64,000 nucleotides of DNA from an uncultured virus (IMG/VR IMGVR_UViG_3300025121_000020) (IMGVR_UViG_3300025121_000020); one strand, 5' to 3'; shown: positions 21,900 through 34,016, counted from the first letter of the stretch. Notes: a model not told the origin generated them from the sequence alone. Program-made: numbers and translations.

Positions 21900-24800
21900 T
21901 CAGTAGCTGTTGTAAGGCAACAGGTAGACGGCAGGCTCCCCTCCGTCTGGGAGCACTCCCCGGAACTCGGCAGCGGCATCCTCGATTGCCTTCAACGGTA
22001 CGACCAGTCCTTTGGTACTACGGATGCATGTAGCACGCCCGAAGGACACCCCGATCAGGTACGAATCCGCATCCCCCAGGTGAGTGTCACTGTCTGGTGC
22101 CCGGGAGATCAGGGACAGCCTCCCTACGTGCAAGCTATCAGTGTCTACCTTCTCCCACGGCGTCTTTGCGGCATCTCGCGCAAAGCGCTGCGAGTGCGTC
22201 CCGACCTTCCGACCGCACACAGGGCAGAAAGTAACCCCGGCCACCACATGTTCGCAGTTCGGGACGTCCTCTTCTGTGTAAAACATCGCCAAGTCGACCG
22301 GCCTACCTACGACAAGGTTCACGTAGCAATCAAGACCCCTGTTTCACCCCATCCACCTCGACCAACAGCGCATGTTCCGGGCAGAACTCGTAACCTCGAG
22401 AATTGACGACCCACTTCCCGAGCTCCTCGACCTGTCCAGGTTCTGGCAGTAGCCTGGAAGGGGAGGAGAGTGCATCTCCGCCACGCTCGAGCCACTTCCC
22501 AAACTGCGGTTCTCGGAGCATGCACAGCAGGCTTAGCACGTCGTCTCGCTCCAACCCTTGCGCAGGACGAAGCGTAATCCCGATAGATTTCTGGCAGTCT
22601 TGGTAACAACACAATGCGACAGCACACAAAGACCCCAACTGCCGTCTGGAATACTGCAGGTATTGAGCCAACGAGTCTTTATGGACCCACTGAACCCCCC
22701 TGTAACACTCGCGATAATACTCCCTCCCTAACTCCAGCAGTTGCTTGGGTATCACGATTTCACCTCTTGATCCACTTCCGCCCATGGTGCAGGTCTCCAT
22801 GGCTTTCTCCGCCTGCAGGGATAGCAGCCCAAGATCGGGACACTACTTTCTTGCCACCACCCAACCTCAATCGACGGGCAACACTGCCAACGCCTCCCCA
22901 ACGTCGGCGGGTCAACTTCGATCGCCCAGTGTCCCGTCCATGCCTCGAGCCTCTCCGGCGTCAACTCAGTCACTGACCGAATATCGGGACACCTCGGGCA
23001 AGTGTATCTAACGCATCCAACTGTGTGCGAATCGTCGGGCACCGCCTCCAGAACGGTCCCGCACTCGCACATGATGGTGGGTTCCAACGTGCTTCCTCGC
23101 GATGCATAGCAGTCAAGCCTCACTCTCTTTCTCCTCCCTCAACAGATACTCTTTGACAGGTTTCCACCTCTCCCGCTGGATCCGCGCCCCCTGCTCGCAC
23201 CCCAACAGGAAGGTAACCAAAATGAGCTCGTCAAGCGCATCACGCCCGTTTTCCCACGCATGACTCAACCCGGCCGCTGACAGCGCTTCCGCTGGGGGAG
23301 GGGACATCGGCACCGCAATGGGATACCCCGGACCTTCGTACTCAATGTCCCCCCTCCTACGCCGAAAGGTATAGGCACTCTTGAATGCTCTGCGCATAAA
23401 CGCGCAAACGTCTTCAACTTCAAGAGTGCCGTCATCCTCTGGCCATTCCGACACGCCCCGCCCTACTACCTTTTGCATGCACCCTCCGACATTCGAATCG
23501 GTATCCCCTGTTCCACCCTCAACAAGAGATAGGGGCTACCACGACCCACTACGTACTCCCCCGCCTCATCCAGGACAAGCCGATGCGTGAGCAGCACCGG
23601 GTACCTGACCCCCCTCTTCTTCGCCCACTCCACTGCGGCAATCCGCCTCTCCGGAGTCGAAATATCCCAGGTAGACCATGTCTCGCCACCCTTCTCGATG
23701 AACTCAGCTTCCCAGCACTGACAATCCGCATCGGTGTAGCATCGGCCTGATGTTCCCATCGCGTAACCTCCTTGGTGCGCAAACACCGCTCGCCTGAAGA
23801 CCCCCCTACTCTCCCCACTCAACGAACAAACCTCTGCTGTCACATCTATCTCTGTTTCTAAGAAGCGACGGAGGCGTGTAACCTCCCTCGCAGCATGCGC
23901 GTACAGATCTCGATCCCCCACGTCAACAGAGTAACCAAGGAGACGGCACAGCTCCTCACGCTCTGCGCCGTCCCTCGCAGGCCTCCGGCATGCCGGGCAC
24001 CAGGTAGACCCGCATAGCTCGCCCATACCGGCCTCTTTACCTTCGCGCATGCTGACCCCCCTTACTGTGTCCCCGAACGGGTAACCGCTGCCGTCTCTTC
24101 CACAACGGCGCATCTGCCGTAAAATTATCAGCGCCACGAGACGGATACGACGGTGTGCTCACAACCGAAAGGAACTCCAACGCCCCCACGGCATCCAAGT
24201 CCCCCCTAACGCGGTCTGACACCAGCAAGACCACCTGACCGTCACTTGCTTTGCACGTCACGTCACCTTCCCCCCTCTGGCAAGCAGGTACCCTAGCGCG
24301 ATCTGGGACGTCCCCAAGCTCAGGCACCAAGGCTTCCCGCCTTCCGCGCGCTCCCAGGTAAGGAAAACAGGGTACCCGGCGACCTCGAGCGTCCCCCGGT
24401 GCTTCTGCTCTCGAACCGACGCGACGACGAGATCACGCCCGTCTTCGTGCGTCAAGTGGAGCAAGACGTCTCCACTCGCCTTCAGGCCAACGGGAACCTT
24501 GCGAGACATGGACCAACCTCTCCACGTGAACGGCTTTACAGCCATCTGCCACCTACCCTCCTTCTCAAGACTGCTGCCACCTGCCGCGTCGCGTCCAACA
24601 CGAAGTCGACGTAGCCGGTGCTACCGGTGCTACCGGTGCTACCGGTGCTACCGGTGCTACCCTTCCCCCGCTGAGCCTGCTCAACAAGCTTCTGCGCGAA
24701 CAAGTGGTTCACCTCCATGGGCTCAATATAGACTCGATCGCCAGTGACGTTACCAACGTACTGCTGCGCCCGCACGGCGGCGACCGGACTGCTCGCGATG

Positions 24801-25060
24801 CCTGCCAGAAACGGTCCTGTATCCATCTGGCGCCACAGAAGCCACACCGGAAACCTCTCCCCGATGTCCACACCGTCCGGATCTCTACCCGCCTCCGGCA
24901 GGTTGAGGGCGTCCCTCAACGTGCGAAGTTCACCGTCAAAGTGTTCCGTAGCCTCTTCGAGAAACGAGCTGACCAGTGCTTTCACACGCTGGGCATCGTC
25001 TCGACTCAACCGTGCATCGACGAATTCTATCAGCTCTTGGTACCGCTGCTTCGCACTCAC
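21900..25060 (-). other. block of overlapping small hypothetical ORFs (21900-22322, 22330-22800, 22752-23123, 23113-23478, 23466-~24050, 24258-24545, 24536-25060)
   Basis: co-oriented, start/stop overlaps, several CxxC motifs. Confidence 0.55.
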
Positions 25061-25235
25061 TTCGTTCCCTCCCTCTTAAATCGCCCGTCGCCCCCTCGCG
25101 CCGCACGGACGCGCCCGCGCGCTAACCTCCGATCGAGCACAACACGGGTCCACGCGTCGGCATCGGCATCGGCGGCAGACACGGGCACATTAGGCATCTC
25201 TGCACCCCTGTCAGGCGTACCACCTACCTTCGCCT

Positions 25236-25598
25236 TCAATTCACCAGCTCCTTCCTCTTCCTGCCGAACAGATTCACCACGTTGTCCGGCAATGGCTCCT
25301 CTCGCGCACCACCAACACCCTCGCACGTCACTCCCACCTGACGGATCAACCCCCAGGGAATCACCACCGCGTAGAGCTGGTCGAAGCTCAAGTTGCAGTG
25401 CAAGCCATCCTCCTCGCACTGCGGATTGGAACCCGCGAAATACTGCGCTTCGAAGCTGAAGAGAAGGAGCTCTCGCTCCGCTACGCTGCGAGGTATACCT
25501 GCGGCCTCGCGGTCCCCGGGAGTCCCCGTTAAGACCAGGTAAAAAGACATGTCGACGGATAGTATCGCGTCGACTACAACTTGAATTGGGTGCATCAC
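25236..25598 (-). CDS. SspB-like ClpXP adaptor
   Basis: CNLSF....VVIPW.LI core and C-terminal DNVVNLFGRK tail. Confidence 0.6.
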   Translation of the reverse strand: MMHPIQVVVDAILSVDMSFYLVLTGTPGDREAAGIPRSVAERELLLFSFEAQYFAGSNPQCEEDGLHCNLSFDQLYAVVIPWGLIRQVGVTCEGVGGAREEPLPDNVVNLFGRKRKELVN

Positions 25599-26502
25599 TT
25601 CCTCAAGTAACTGTCAACTCGCATGTGGACATACCACCAAGCAAGCCGCGCCTCGTGCGCTACCACGCCTGAGACTCCTCCGACCGGGGCGCGGGACGCG
25701 AACCCCACCGGGGGCTTGATCAGCCCACCGTACCGGAACCAGATGCCGAGCCAGCGCTCCCAGAGCGCGTTTCTACGCATATTCACTCCTACCAATCCCC
25801 GTCCGAGATCTGAAGGTCGCAGTCTGCTGAAAGCGCCTCTAGTTGCCGTTGTGCTCGTCCGTACTTGCTATCATCATGCGAGCTACCCAGCAGCAGATGA
25901 AACCCTCCGGAGGCAGTGTAATACGACGCGTCAGGGAAATGACTTTTCGCATCTTGCAGATACTTTAACATTCCCTTTGCAATACGTTGGAATCTCTTGA
26001 CGAACTCCGGATCCGCTTCCTCAAGCAATTCTAATGCCGTCTGTCCCCCCGCAATGGCCTTCAAACACTGCTGTTGATTCATTTGTCGAATTCTCCCCGC
26101 ACGAAAATCATAATGCACCGCACAAGAACCTCCACGTCTGTCACGCACCGCACGTGGGTTCGGATCGCGTCGGAGAGATCTGGACACGTGCGAGACACCC
26201 ACTCATCCAGGGAAAGGGGCGTGCGCACATCTGGAAGCGTACCTGTACCCTTCTCACGCTTTCGCATCACTCGCCTCCAGGAAGAGCACGCAACTCAGCC
26301 AAGTCGCGCGCAAACATCCTGCCGTACTCGCCCGTCGCGCCGCCTAGCGCAACATCTATCGATGCTATGATTTTCTCAAGACGCCGTTCCATCTCGCATG
26401 TATGCCACGCTCCCCCTGCGTTTTGTCGCGAACGCACACGTCTCCGCACACCCTCGCGTCATGTTTCCGAGAAAGACCTCGTGCGGTAGGCGCTCAGGCG
26501 CA

Positions 26503-26940
26503 TCAAACATGTTCACCGCACGCCTCCGCCGGTACCGGTACCGGTACCGTAATCGCGTCCAAATTCAGCACCCCCAGATAGTCGAGCCACACGGTGATGT
26601 CGTCCCCGTCCCCGGCCACGTGCACGCGTACCAAGACAGGGAAACAGCACGCGTCGTCCTGCACGACATCGATGCGCTTCGCCGCCTCCGCGTCCAATTC
26701 TGGAAGTATTTCCTCGAGCCAATCTCGCGGCACATCCAGGTACTGCCTACACTCGTGCTCGAGCAGCCCCTGCAAACCCCCGGCACTCTCCACGAAGGTG
26801 ACGGCAAGAACAGTGTGCCCCTCCCGCACCAGAACGTAATCAGCACTGATGCCCGCGTACTCACGTGCCGTCTCTACTGTGACATGTTCGTGCGCTTTGA
26901 ATGCGCAGATTTTCAGAATGGCATTATGCGTGTTGTGCAT
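26503..26940 (-). CDS. hypothetical protein
   Basis: SD GGGGAG; 145 aa. Confidence 0.55.
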   Translation of the reverse strand: MHNTHNAILKICAFKAHEHVTVETAREYAGISADYVLVREGHTVLAVTFVESAGGLQGLLEHECRQYLDVPRDWLEEILPELDAEAAKRIDVVQDDACCFPVLVRVHVAGDGDDITVWLDYLGVLNLDAITVPVPVPAEACGEHV

Positions 26941-27103
26941 TCGTGCTCCCCTTTGTCTGAACTGTTTCCAAATCGACCACTCTAAACACGTACTCCCGCG
27001 CCGTATCGACCGTGACAGGATCGTGCGATACGCACGCGAAGACCTTCAAAAGAGCGTTGTGCTTCATGTCGTTGTGCATGTTATGTATGCGTGCTCCTCA
27101 AAG

Positions 27104-27175
27104 TAGCCCCGACCGGACTCGAACCGGTACCTCACGTTGCTACGAGTGTGCTGTCCAGCGCACCGTTACAGGCCT
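27104..27175 (-). ncRNA. tRNA-like RNA with non-canonical anticodon arm
   Basis: T-arm ACCGG-UUCGAGU-CCGGU, acceptor-like stem, GUGC/GCAC D-like stem, no 7-nt anticodon loop or CCA. Confidence 0.55.
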
Positions 27176-27343
27176 GCAGTCCCATCCAGCGCTTTATACC
27201 ACACGATCACACTTAATATCTGCTGTGCAAAAACAAAAGTCAATCTATTTTTTTAATATCAAGTTTATTTCTTTTCTGCTTCACTTCTCCTCCTGAGCAT
27301 GCTAACATCTTACCGCCAACCTATCAATAAGGACTACACTACC

Positions 27344-27568
27344 ATGACTCTCGCCGACCTCCAAGCCCTAACCGGCCTCGGACGCTCGTCCCTCCTGCGC
27401 CGAATCAAGCTCAAAACGCTACCCGCCACCGCGATCCTGAGCGACGGGACTACCGTTTCAACACTCGAGCCCACGCCCCCCGGCGCGTTCGTGCTCCAAT
27501 ACTTTGTTGACAACGCACAGGCATCCGCTGTCAAGCGCGAGCGAGCCCCGCGATCGAACTCAAACTGA
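27344..27568 (+). CDS. small HTH (excisionase-like) protein
   Basis: TLADLQALTGLGRSSLLRRIKLKTLPA. Confidence 0.65.
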   Translation: MTLADLQALTGLGRSSLLRRIKLKTLPATAILSDGTTVSTLEPTPPGAFVLQYFVDNAQASAVKRERAPRSNSN

Positions 27569-27579
27569 AGGAGGCACAC

Positions 27580-29427
27580 GTGGGTCGCGCTGAAGACATG
27601 GCTGCGCACGCTGGGCAACAACAAGCCACCGCTGAGAAAGCTACCTGCGAAAAGAAGGTATGCCTCTCTCAGATCCTTACCGAAATCGACAACGCCGACG
27701 CCTTAGCCCGTCTGGATATGTTTATTCAAGGCACACTCCCTTTTATCGCCTACTACGAGGGAATCGAGAGTCAGGTGGCAGAAAGGCTCCTCGAGGCTGT
27801 CGGGAAGGAATCCCCCTCCCGCCGCGTATTCTATCACAAAGACGTACTCTCCGAAGTGATCCTTTCCCCCCTATCGGTGAACGACGTCCTGGACCCCAAC
27901 GAAGCGCGTCCGCGCATCGTGCGCGTCACATCAGGCCGCCTCCGGGGACTAGTAAACGAATCCGTATTCCTGTTTACGGGGTGCCGGAACAAACACAAGG
28001 TGCTGAACACCAACAAAAAGCCCCTTATGGCATCCGATGCGCTTCTCGGGGTCTGCCTCTCCCGGTCGTCGTCACCCGGCGTCAGAAACCTCACTAGGGT
28101 CCTGGATACGCCCTTCATCCTGCGATCTGGAGACGTAGTATCCACCCCTGGATACCACAAGCACCTCTGTGGCGTCTACCTCGTGCCGAACGTCACTCTT
28201 CCAGACATCCCTCCCCCTTCCAGGGAAGCAGCACTGGAGGCGTACGAGAGACTGGAAGACACCCTGTTCGGAGACACGGACTTCCTCCCAGAGTGCGCAC
28301 ACTACGGCAAGTCATTCCTGATGTCCGCGCTCCTGACCGCCGTGTCTGTCGAAGGATTGCTCTTCAAATCTCCCGTATACGCGATATCCGCCCAGCAACC
28401 CCAATCTGGAAAATCCACCCTGTGCCAGATCATAGGGCACGTGGCGACGGGGCGAGGCTTCCAGAAGAACACGATCCCGAACACTCAACGTGCGAAGGAG
28501 GCCGTCGAGGGCCTGAAAGTGGTTTACGAGGCCGCACTGGGATCCGACCAACTCTTCTTTTATCTCGACAACTGGCCCACAGGTTTGCCTTTCGGGGACG
28601 CAATCCTGGCAGGGGGCCTCACGGATACGGGCTCCCTGGTTCGAGAGTATGGGCAGAACAGCACTCTGCAATTCCGCGTCGACCGCCTCGTCTGGTTCAT
28701 AAACGGGAACTCGTTCCGCCTGGCCCCCAATGCCGACATGGAGCGCCGCACGCTCGAGGTACGCGTTCGGGGACGCGCCGACAACACCTATCGCCTGGGA
28801 GACTCTGGGAGCGCACTGCAATACGTGTTGAACAATCGGCCTGCACTGCTCAGGGACTGCTTCACGATCATGCAGAGCTTCCTGAAGCTCAATCCTGAAC
28901 TACCTAAACACACGCCGTTCGCGTCCTTCGAGCCGTGGGACAGGTACATCCGCGGCGTGTTCCTCTGGCTGAACAAGCCTGACCCACTGCTCGCATCCAC
29001 GTTCGTGAAGCACCAGTACGCGGACACGCACGGGGCGCCTGCGTTAGCGTTCTTCAAGAACTGGTGGGTCGTGTGCGGCTGCAAGCCGTCTCCCGTGCTC
29101 CTCAAAGAACTCGTCGCGCAAGTCGACGACATGGCCGCGACAGACCGGGCTCACCTGATCGACTCGATCCACACAGCGTTCCCCAACGTCGTATCCCCGC
29201 GAAAAGAGATTGACGAAAGACATCTGGGGAATATTCTGCGAAGCTACGCAGGCCGGACGGACTGTATGTACCCGTTTCGGCTAGAAGTCTCTTCTGGCCC
29301 AGCGGCCAGGAACGGATCCAAGCGCTGGATACTATCTCTGGCCCCCGGAGCCAGGCCCGATGACGCACTACCTGACGGTTACACAGCCGTCAGACGGAAA
29401 GAAGAGAGTAACGATACAGCCTACTAG
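27580..29427 (+). CDS. primase-associated SF3-like helicase with C-terminal winged-helix-like domain
   Basis: Walker A PQSGKST, YLDN, NGNS..L..DMERR; SD AGGAGG. Confidence 0.8.
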   Translation: MGRAEDMAAHAGQQQATAEKATCEKKVCLSQILTEIDNADALARLDMFIQGTLPFIAYYEGIESQVAERLLEAVGKESPSRRVFYHKDVLSEVILSPLSVNDVLDPNEARPRIVRVTSGRLRGLVNESVFLFTGCRNKHKVLNTNKKPLMASDALLGVCLSRSSSPGVRNLTRVLDTPFILRSGDVVSTPGYHKHLCGVYLVPNVTLPDIPPPSREAALEAYERLEDTLFGDTDFLPECAHYGKSFLMSALLTAVSVEGLLFKSPVYAISAQQPQSGKSTLCQIIGHVATGRGFQKNTIPNTQRAKEAVEGLKVVYEAALGSDQLFFYLDNWPTGLPFGDAILAGGLTDTGSLVREYGQNSTLQFRVDRLVWFINGNSFRLAPNADMERRTLEVRVRGRADNTYRLGDSGSALQYVLNNRPALLRDCFTIMQSFLKLNPELPKHTPFASFEPWDRYIRGVFLWLNKPDPLLASTFVKHQYADTHGAPALAFFKNWWVVCGCKPSPVLLKELVAQVDDMAATDRAHLIDSIHTAFPNVVSPRKEIDERHLGNILRSYAGRTDCMYPFRLEVSSGPAARNGSKRWILSLAPGARPDDALPDGYTAVRRKEESNDTAY

Positions 29428-29429
29428 CT

Positions 29430-30116
29430 GTGCAGAAAGGCCACCAAGTGCATACGCACACGTACTCTGTGCTCTTCCGATGGGATATGAAAACAGACAC
29501 TTACGTCGCTACTATCCCCAATGCAGAAAAAACAACCGCACTGCCTCCTGCGGATAAGCGTGTCGCGCAAGACACGGATGTAGAGGCACACTTCACGCTC
29601 CAGAGAGACGAAGAGAGCCTTAAAAAGGGTGATCTCTGCGTCTGGTATGCCGGGCAGATGCGCGTACGCCTGCCCCGCACCCTCCACGCTGGCCTCGACT
29701 ACTCCGCCGCACTTGACGAAGATGGGATGCCCCTGCGCGTCTTCAGCACACAGTTCAGGATCGATCCGCAGTTGCTACCCGAAAGCGACCTACCCTCCCT
29801 AGCCCTAACGTTTTTTCAGGAATGGTGGATCGCCTGCGGACGCAAAGCCGTACCCGTGCTTCTTAAGGACCTCTTGGCGCCAACAACGGATCACGCCCAA
29901 TTAATCGCGTCTCTTCACGACGCATTCCCTGGTGTCGTTACTCCGAGAAAAGGCATCGATGCGCGCCATCTAGGGAACATCCTGCGAGGTTACGCTGCTA
30001 AAAGCAGTAGCTCTGAGCACGAATACCCCTTTCGCTTGAAAACCACCGGTCCCGCTGCTCGAAGCGGAGCCAAGCGCTGGGTGTTGTCCATGCTCCACGA
30101 AGTTGAGCGTCACTGA
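29430..30116 (+). CDS. protein with a duplicate of the helicase C-terminal domain
   Basis: FFQEWWIACGRK...RHLGNILRGYA...KRWVLS parallels FFKNWWVVCGCK...RHLGNILRSYA...KRWILS. Confidence 0.75.
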   Translation: MQKGHQVHTHTYSVLFRWDMKTDTYVATIPNAEKTTALPPADKRVAQDTDVEAHFTLQRDEESLKKGDLCVWYAGQMRVRLPRTLHAGLDYSAALDEDGMPLRVFSTQFRIDPQLLPESDLPSLALTFFQEWWIACGRKAVPVLLKDLLAPTTDHAQLIASLHDAFPGVVTPRKGIDARHLGNILRGYAAKSSSSEHEYPFRLKTTGPAARSGAKRWVLSMLHEVERH

Positions 30117-30122
30117 CACACT

Positions 30123-31655
30123 ATGACAGACACCTACGCCGTCACCCTCGTCCACCGCGCCATGACACTCTGGACGCGTTATCCCGTCTTCTGGCCCAGT
30201 GCCGCCGCGGACGACACGCCCTTCGTCCAGGAGTTCTACCGCGCACTCTACGCTTACTCCCCTGACCGAAACTGCGCTGTCGACGCATTAGACCACGTGG
30301 CGCGCTCGCTTCTCTCTGCCTACGCCCACACAGGCACCGTAGACATCAACGAAGCCTGCTCACGCGCCGCCCAGGACAAGAACGCCGCCGCAAGCGTACA
30401 CTGGGGTAGGTTAGCCCGCGCGCGCCCACCAGGAGCCTCTCAGCGCGCTTCACTGGACGTAGACGCACGAGACGTCGCGAGCAGGCTAGGTCTAGGAGAG
30501 AACCAGTGCCCGTCCTGCGGCGCCACTGACGACGCGATGAAATTCTACGCCTGGCGCGGCAAGAGCTGGTGGAAGCATCACCGCTGCGGCGCGTCCGGGC
30601 CGGCGGAAGCGATGGCGCGCATCGCCCTGGGGGGTAACGCGGCAGCAGACGCCTGGCTCGAGTCGCAGGGATTGATGCAGGAGGTATCTACCCCTCCGGC
30701 GGGGTGGCCGGGGGAGCAAGAGGAAGGCGCGGAGAGTCCGGAACCCGCACATGCGCCGCCGGAAGCCGCGTGGTACTCACAGGGGGAGATCCAGAAAATC
30801 TGGAATGCCTGCCCCGCGGTGAGCGCTCGATCCCGAGTCGGCTCGTGGCTCCGAGACGAGCGAAAGATCCCGCTCGAGTCCATCACTCCGCACGACGTCA
30901 GGGAAGCGCACCGACTACCGGGGGCGCGGAAGGGCATCGCCTCCCTGCTAGCCGCGTGCCCCGCCGCGGTGTTTCCGGTCCGTAATCTGGAAGGACACAT
31001 CTACAACTTGCAGTTTCGCTTCGTGGAGCCTGTCGACAAGGTGACGCGTCGCTTCTACAACGGGGGCAACCCCGGCAGCACGGAGGACGCGGAGGGCTTC
31101 CCGTTCCTGCTGGGAACGCCCCCTGTGCCCCTGCAGGACGTCGCGGAGCGTGCGGACGTCCTCATAGTTACAGAAGGCGCCCCGGACACGCTGACGGTCC
31201 GCTCAGCGCTTCGGAGCGGTGGGCGCATCGCGACGACGGGACGCGGCGAAGTGGGGGGTATGGTACTCGGCGCACTGAACGCCGGAGACGTACCCAAACT
31301 CCTCGAGGTCCTCCCGCCTGAAATCTGGAATACGCGAGCAGTGCTCCTCATCCCGCACTGGGACCCCCTCCGAGGGGACGCTGACGGCACGTATCGCCTG
31401 GGGGTCCGGGAGACCGAATACCTCGCCAGCGCTTTGCGCGGGGTAGGGGCAGCGCCGCACGTGTGGCGCTGGGAGATCCTGCTGAAGTCCGTGTGCCCGA
31501 AGTTCGGGATCCTCACCCTGGAACGATCTGCGAGTCTTCTTGAACACGCTGACCTGAACGATGTGTTGTGCGCTGCGGGTATGCCTGCACTCCTGGACTT
31601 GATCGATGTCGAAGTTCGGCAGGCTCAGCGCGCCTTTTTGGGCCGAGAAGGCTAG
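30123..31655 (+). CDS. DNA primase (Zn finger + TOPRIM)
   Basis: CPSC...HHRC, IVTEGAPDTL, DLND. Confidence 0.75.
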   Translation: MTDTYAVTLVHRAMTLWTRYPVFWPSAAADDTPFVQEFYRALYAYSPDRNCAVDALDHVARSLLSAYAHTGTVDINEACSRAAQDKNAAASVHWGRLARARPPGASQRASLDVDARDVASRLGLGENQCPSCGATDDAMKFYAWRGKSWWKHHRCGASGPAEAMARIALGGNAAADAWLESQGLMQEVSTPPAGWPGEQEEGAESPEPAHAPPEAAWYSQGEIQKIWNACPAVSARSRVGSWLRDERKIPLESITPHDVREAHRLPGARKGIASLLAACPAAVFPVRNLEGHIYNLQFRFVEPVDKVTRRFYNGGNPGSTEDAEGFPFLLGTPPVPLQDVAERADVLIVTEGAPDTLTVRSALRSGGRIATTGRGEVGGMVLGALNAGDVPKLLEVLPPEIWNTRAVLLIPHWDPLRGDADGTYRLGVRETEYLASALRGVGAAPHVWRWEILLKSVCPKFGILTLERSASLLEHADLNDVLCAAGMPALLDLIDVEVRQAQRAFLGREG

Positions 31656-31689
31656 GCATCTCTTACGTACCCAATCCCATTTACAACTT

Positions 31690-32430
31690 CAATGCCCGCA
31701 TGGTCTACATCCCTGCCACGCGCAAAAATTTGAGTAAGAGCATGGTCCCGCATGGTCTCTGGTTCGCGATTTTTAGCAGACCATGCTGGCATTACCTCTG
31801 CATTTACAACCGGTTACCTTGTGTAAACAGTCATCCGCATGGTTAACATGGTCAGTTGCGGATGTCACGTATGCGCACACACATGATGCGCATATATAAC
31901 ACTATGTTACGTAGTCAAACAACCATTACAATACACTATACACTCTTATATACTATTTAGAGACTATGTAGACCATGCTGACTTGGATATGTTATTGAAT
32001 TATAAAGGTTTTTTATGCCGGGTCCGTTGCTAAATAGTTGAAAGTAACCATGCTTCTGACAATGCTAATTAGACTAAACTGTCAACTCATGGTAAAGATA
32101 GAAGTATCCGGATTGGCGCTAGTAAAACCCTATCCGGAGATTCTGTCAGTTTTTAAAGTAGGTTCCGGTAACACTTGACCTTTATAGGGTAAATTGGGGG
32201 TAAAAGCATAATAAATACGAAGCTATTGAGAAGAAAAAGGAGTATATTTTCGTCTAGTAATTGTGCCTACTTTTGGTGAAACGGGTGTAAGGGGTGGAAT
32301 GACCATGCGGCGAGCAAAGTAGCTGAATTCGCGGGGTATTTGGGCTCTCCGGCTGAGAAATTGAGGCGAATGGGGGGGTTTACGCGGGGGGATAGCTATG
32401 CTGTCCTAGCTACGTTGTGGACCATGCTCG
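31690..32430. other. putative replication origin with GACCATGC iterons
   Basis: AT-rich ORF-free region after primase; about 10 copies of (G/A)ACCATG(C) in both orientations. Confidence 0.65.
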
Positions 32431-33530
32431 GAGAGTAGATACATGTGGTTGCTGCCTGTGCAAATCCAGGTACCCATACATTTTCGTCGAAGCCGTTGCA
32501 GAATTCCGGAGCGCCGGGGTAGGCGGAGCTGGCTTAGTCTGGTGTGGCAATGGTCCCCCTCGAAGCGGACGTCCCAACTAGAGGTACCCCTCCGGTGATT
32601 TCCTCCCTGCCGGAGATGTCAGGGAGTGTGAGGCATTCTGTGGCCTGCGGTCTGAAAAGCTCCTCCAGACGCAAGTCTACTCGCGTGCATACTGCTGCCA
32701 GACTTCCGCCCATGTAGAACCACTTGGCCGACGGTCGCTCCGTTCGCAGGTAGGCGTTGCCGCCTCGGTGGGCTTCAATGAGGCGCTGTCCTTCCGCGTT
32801 CCTACTTGCTCGACGGGCGGCCATCTCGGACCGGTGGGCGTCACTGTGTTTTCGGTGGCTCACGATCACTCCCCTTCGACACCATCCGGTTCAACCATTC
32901 TGGTCACGCCGGGTAACCCCCACCAAACTGCGATCACGCAGTTGTTGTTTTTCTGGCGGTGGCTCGGCGTGGGTCATCCCCGGTCCTCCCTACCGACCCA
33001 CAGCCCATCGTCCATCACCGGGCGTAGGGGACCGCCTCCCACAGGCTCATAGGTGAGCTGGCACCAATACCCGGTGCCGTATACGATCAGCACTGGGGTC
33101 GAAGTGTCAGTGCGCTTCCACACCGATCCGAAATCCGCACGGGTCGGGCATGGCTGCGATGCAGTCGTGGTGGGGCGTGAGGAGGCAGGGAGTGTCAGCA
33201 TCTGCGTAAACTTTCGATTTCTTTGGTGAGTCTCTTGATTTCGCGAGACTGCACCCTAATTTTCCTTGACATTCCTGCTGCAGTCCACCGTGATAGCGAT
33301 GGATGCAACTGCCCTGGTCCCGCAAGGCGATGCAATGCCTGTCGGAACAGGTGATACCACGCTTTCTTTGACTCCAGCAGGTCTGAGTCGAAGAAAACGT
33401 CGTTCTGTGCCCACTCGATTATGTCATCGAGCAGGACAAGATCGTCAGAAATTCTTTTCACCGTTGCTCCCTCCCCGGAGTGCCCGCCGGAGTGCCCGCC
33501 GGAGTGCCCGCCGGGGTCGGGTGTGGAAAG

Positions 33531-33995
33531 TCAGCCAACCAGGGTTGCAGCATTCGCCGCCGCCTCGGCCTGGCAATGCTCCATATACCGGGCTACTGCC
33601 ACCGGAAGGCGGGTTGCAATGGTGCGAGTCTCAGCACCTGCGGTGAAGTCGAGCTCACGATCAGCCTCCCCGCGGCGAACCGTGCAGAATGCCTCATTCG
33701 ACCGGGTGTGCAGATTGTGCCCGTCGTGGTGGCTCTCATCAATTTTTTTCGCCAGCAACAGGCCACTGGCGGTCAGGTAACCGCGCCCGTAGATCGTGAC
33801 CTCCCACCTGCGGTTACTCCACTGACTCGCGCCAGTGCAGATCTTCACGACCCGGCACACTTCGCCGGCGTCGTCGGAAAGGACTACCCCAACCGGGATC
33901 GGGGCCAGAAGGGTGGCTATGTGCTCGCGGAGGGCGATGACAGAAGACTTACGTGCCTGGATGTGGGCTTCGAGCTGGTCAATGATGGATGACAT
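33531..33995 (-). CDS. hypothetical protein
   Basis: SD AAGGAG; directly downstream of the hammerhead. Confidence 0.65.
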   Translation of the reverse strand: MSSIIDQLEAHIQARKSSVIALREHIATLLAPIPVGVVLSDDAGEVCRVVKICTGASQWSNRRWEVTIYGRGYLTASGLLLAKKIDESHHDGHNLHTRSNEAFCTVRRGEADRELDFTAGAETRTIATRLPVAVARYMEHCQAEAAANAATLVG

Positions 33996-34016
33996 ACCGA
34001 GTCTCCTTTTTTGTTT

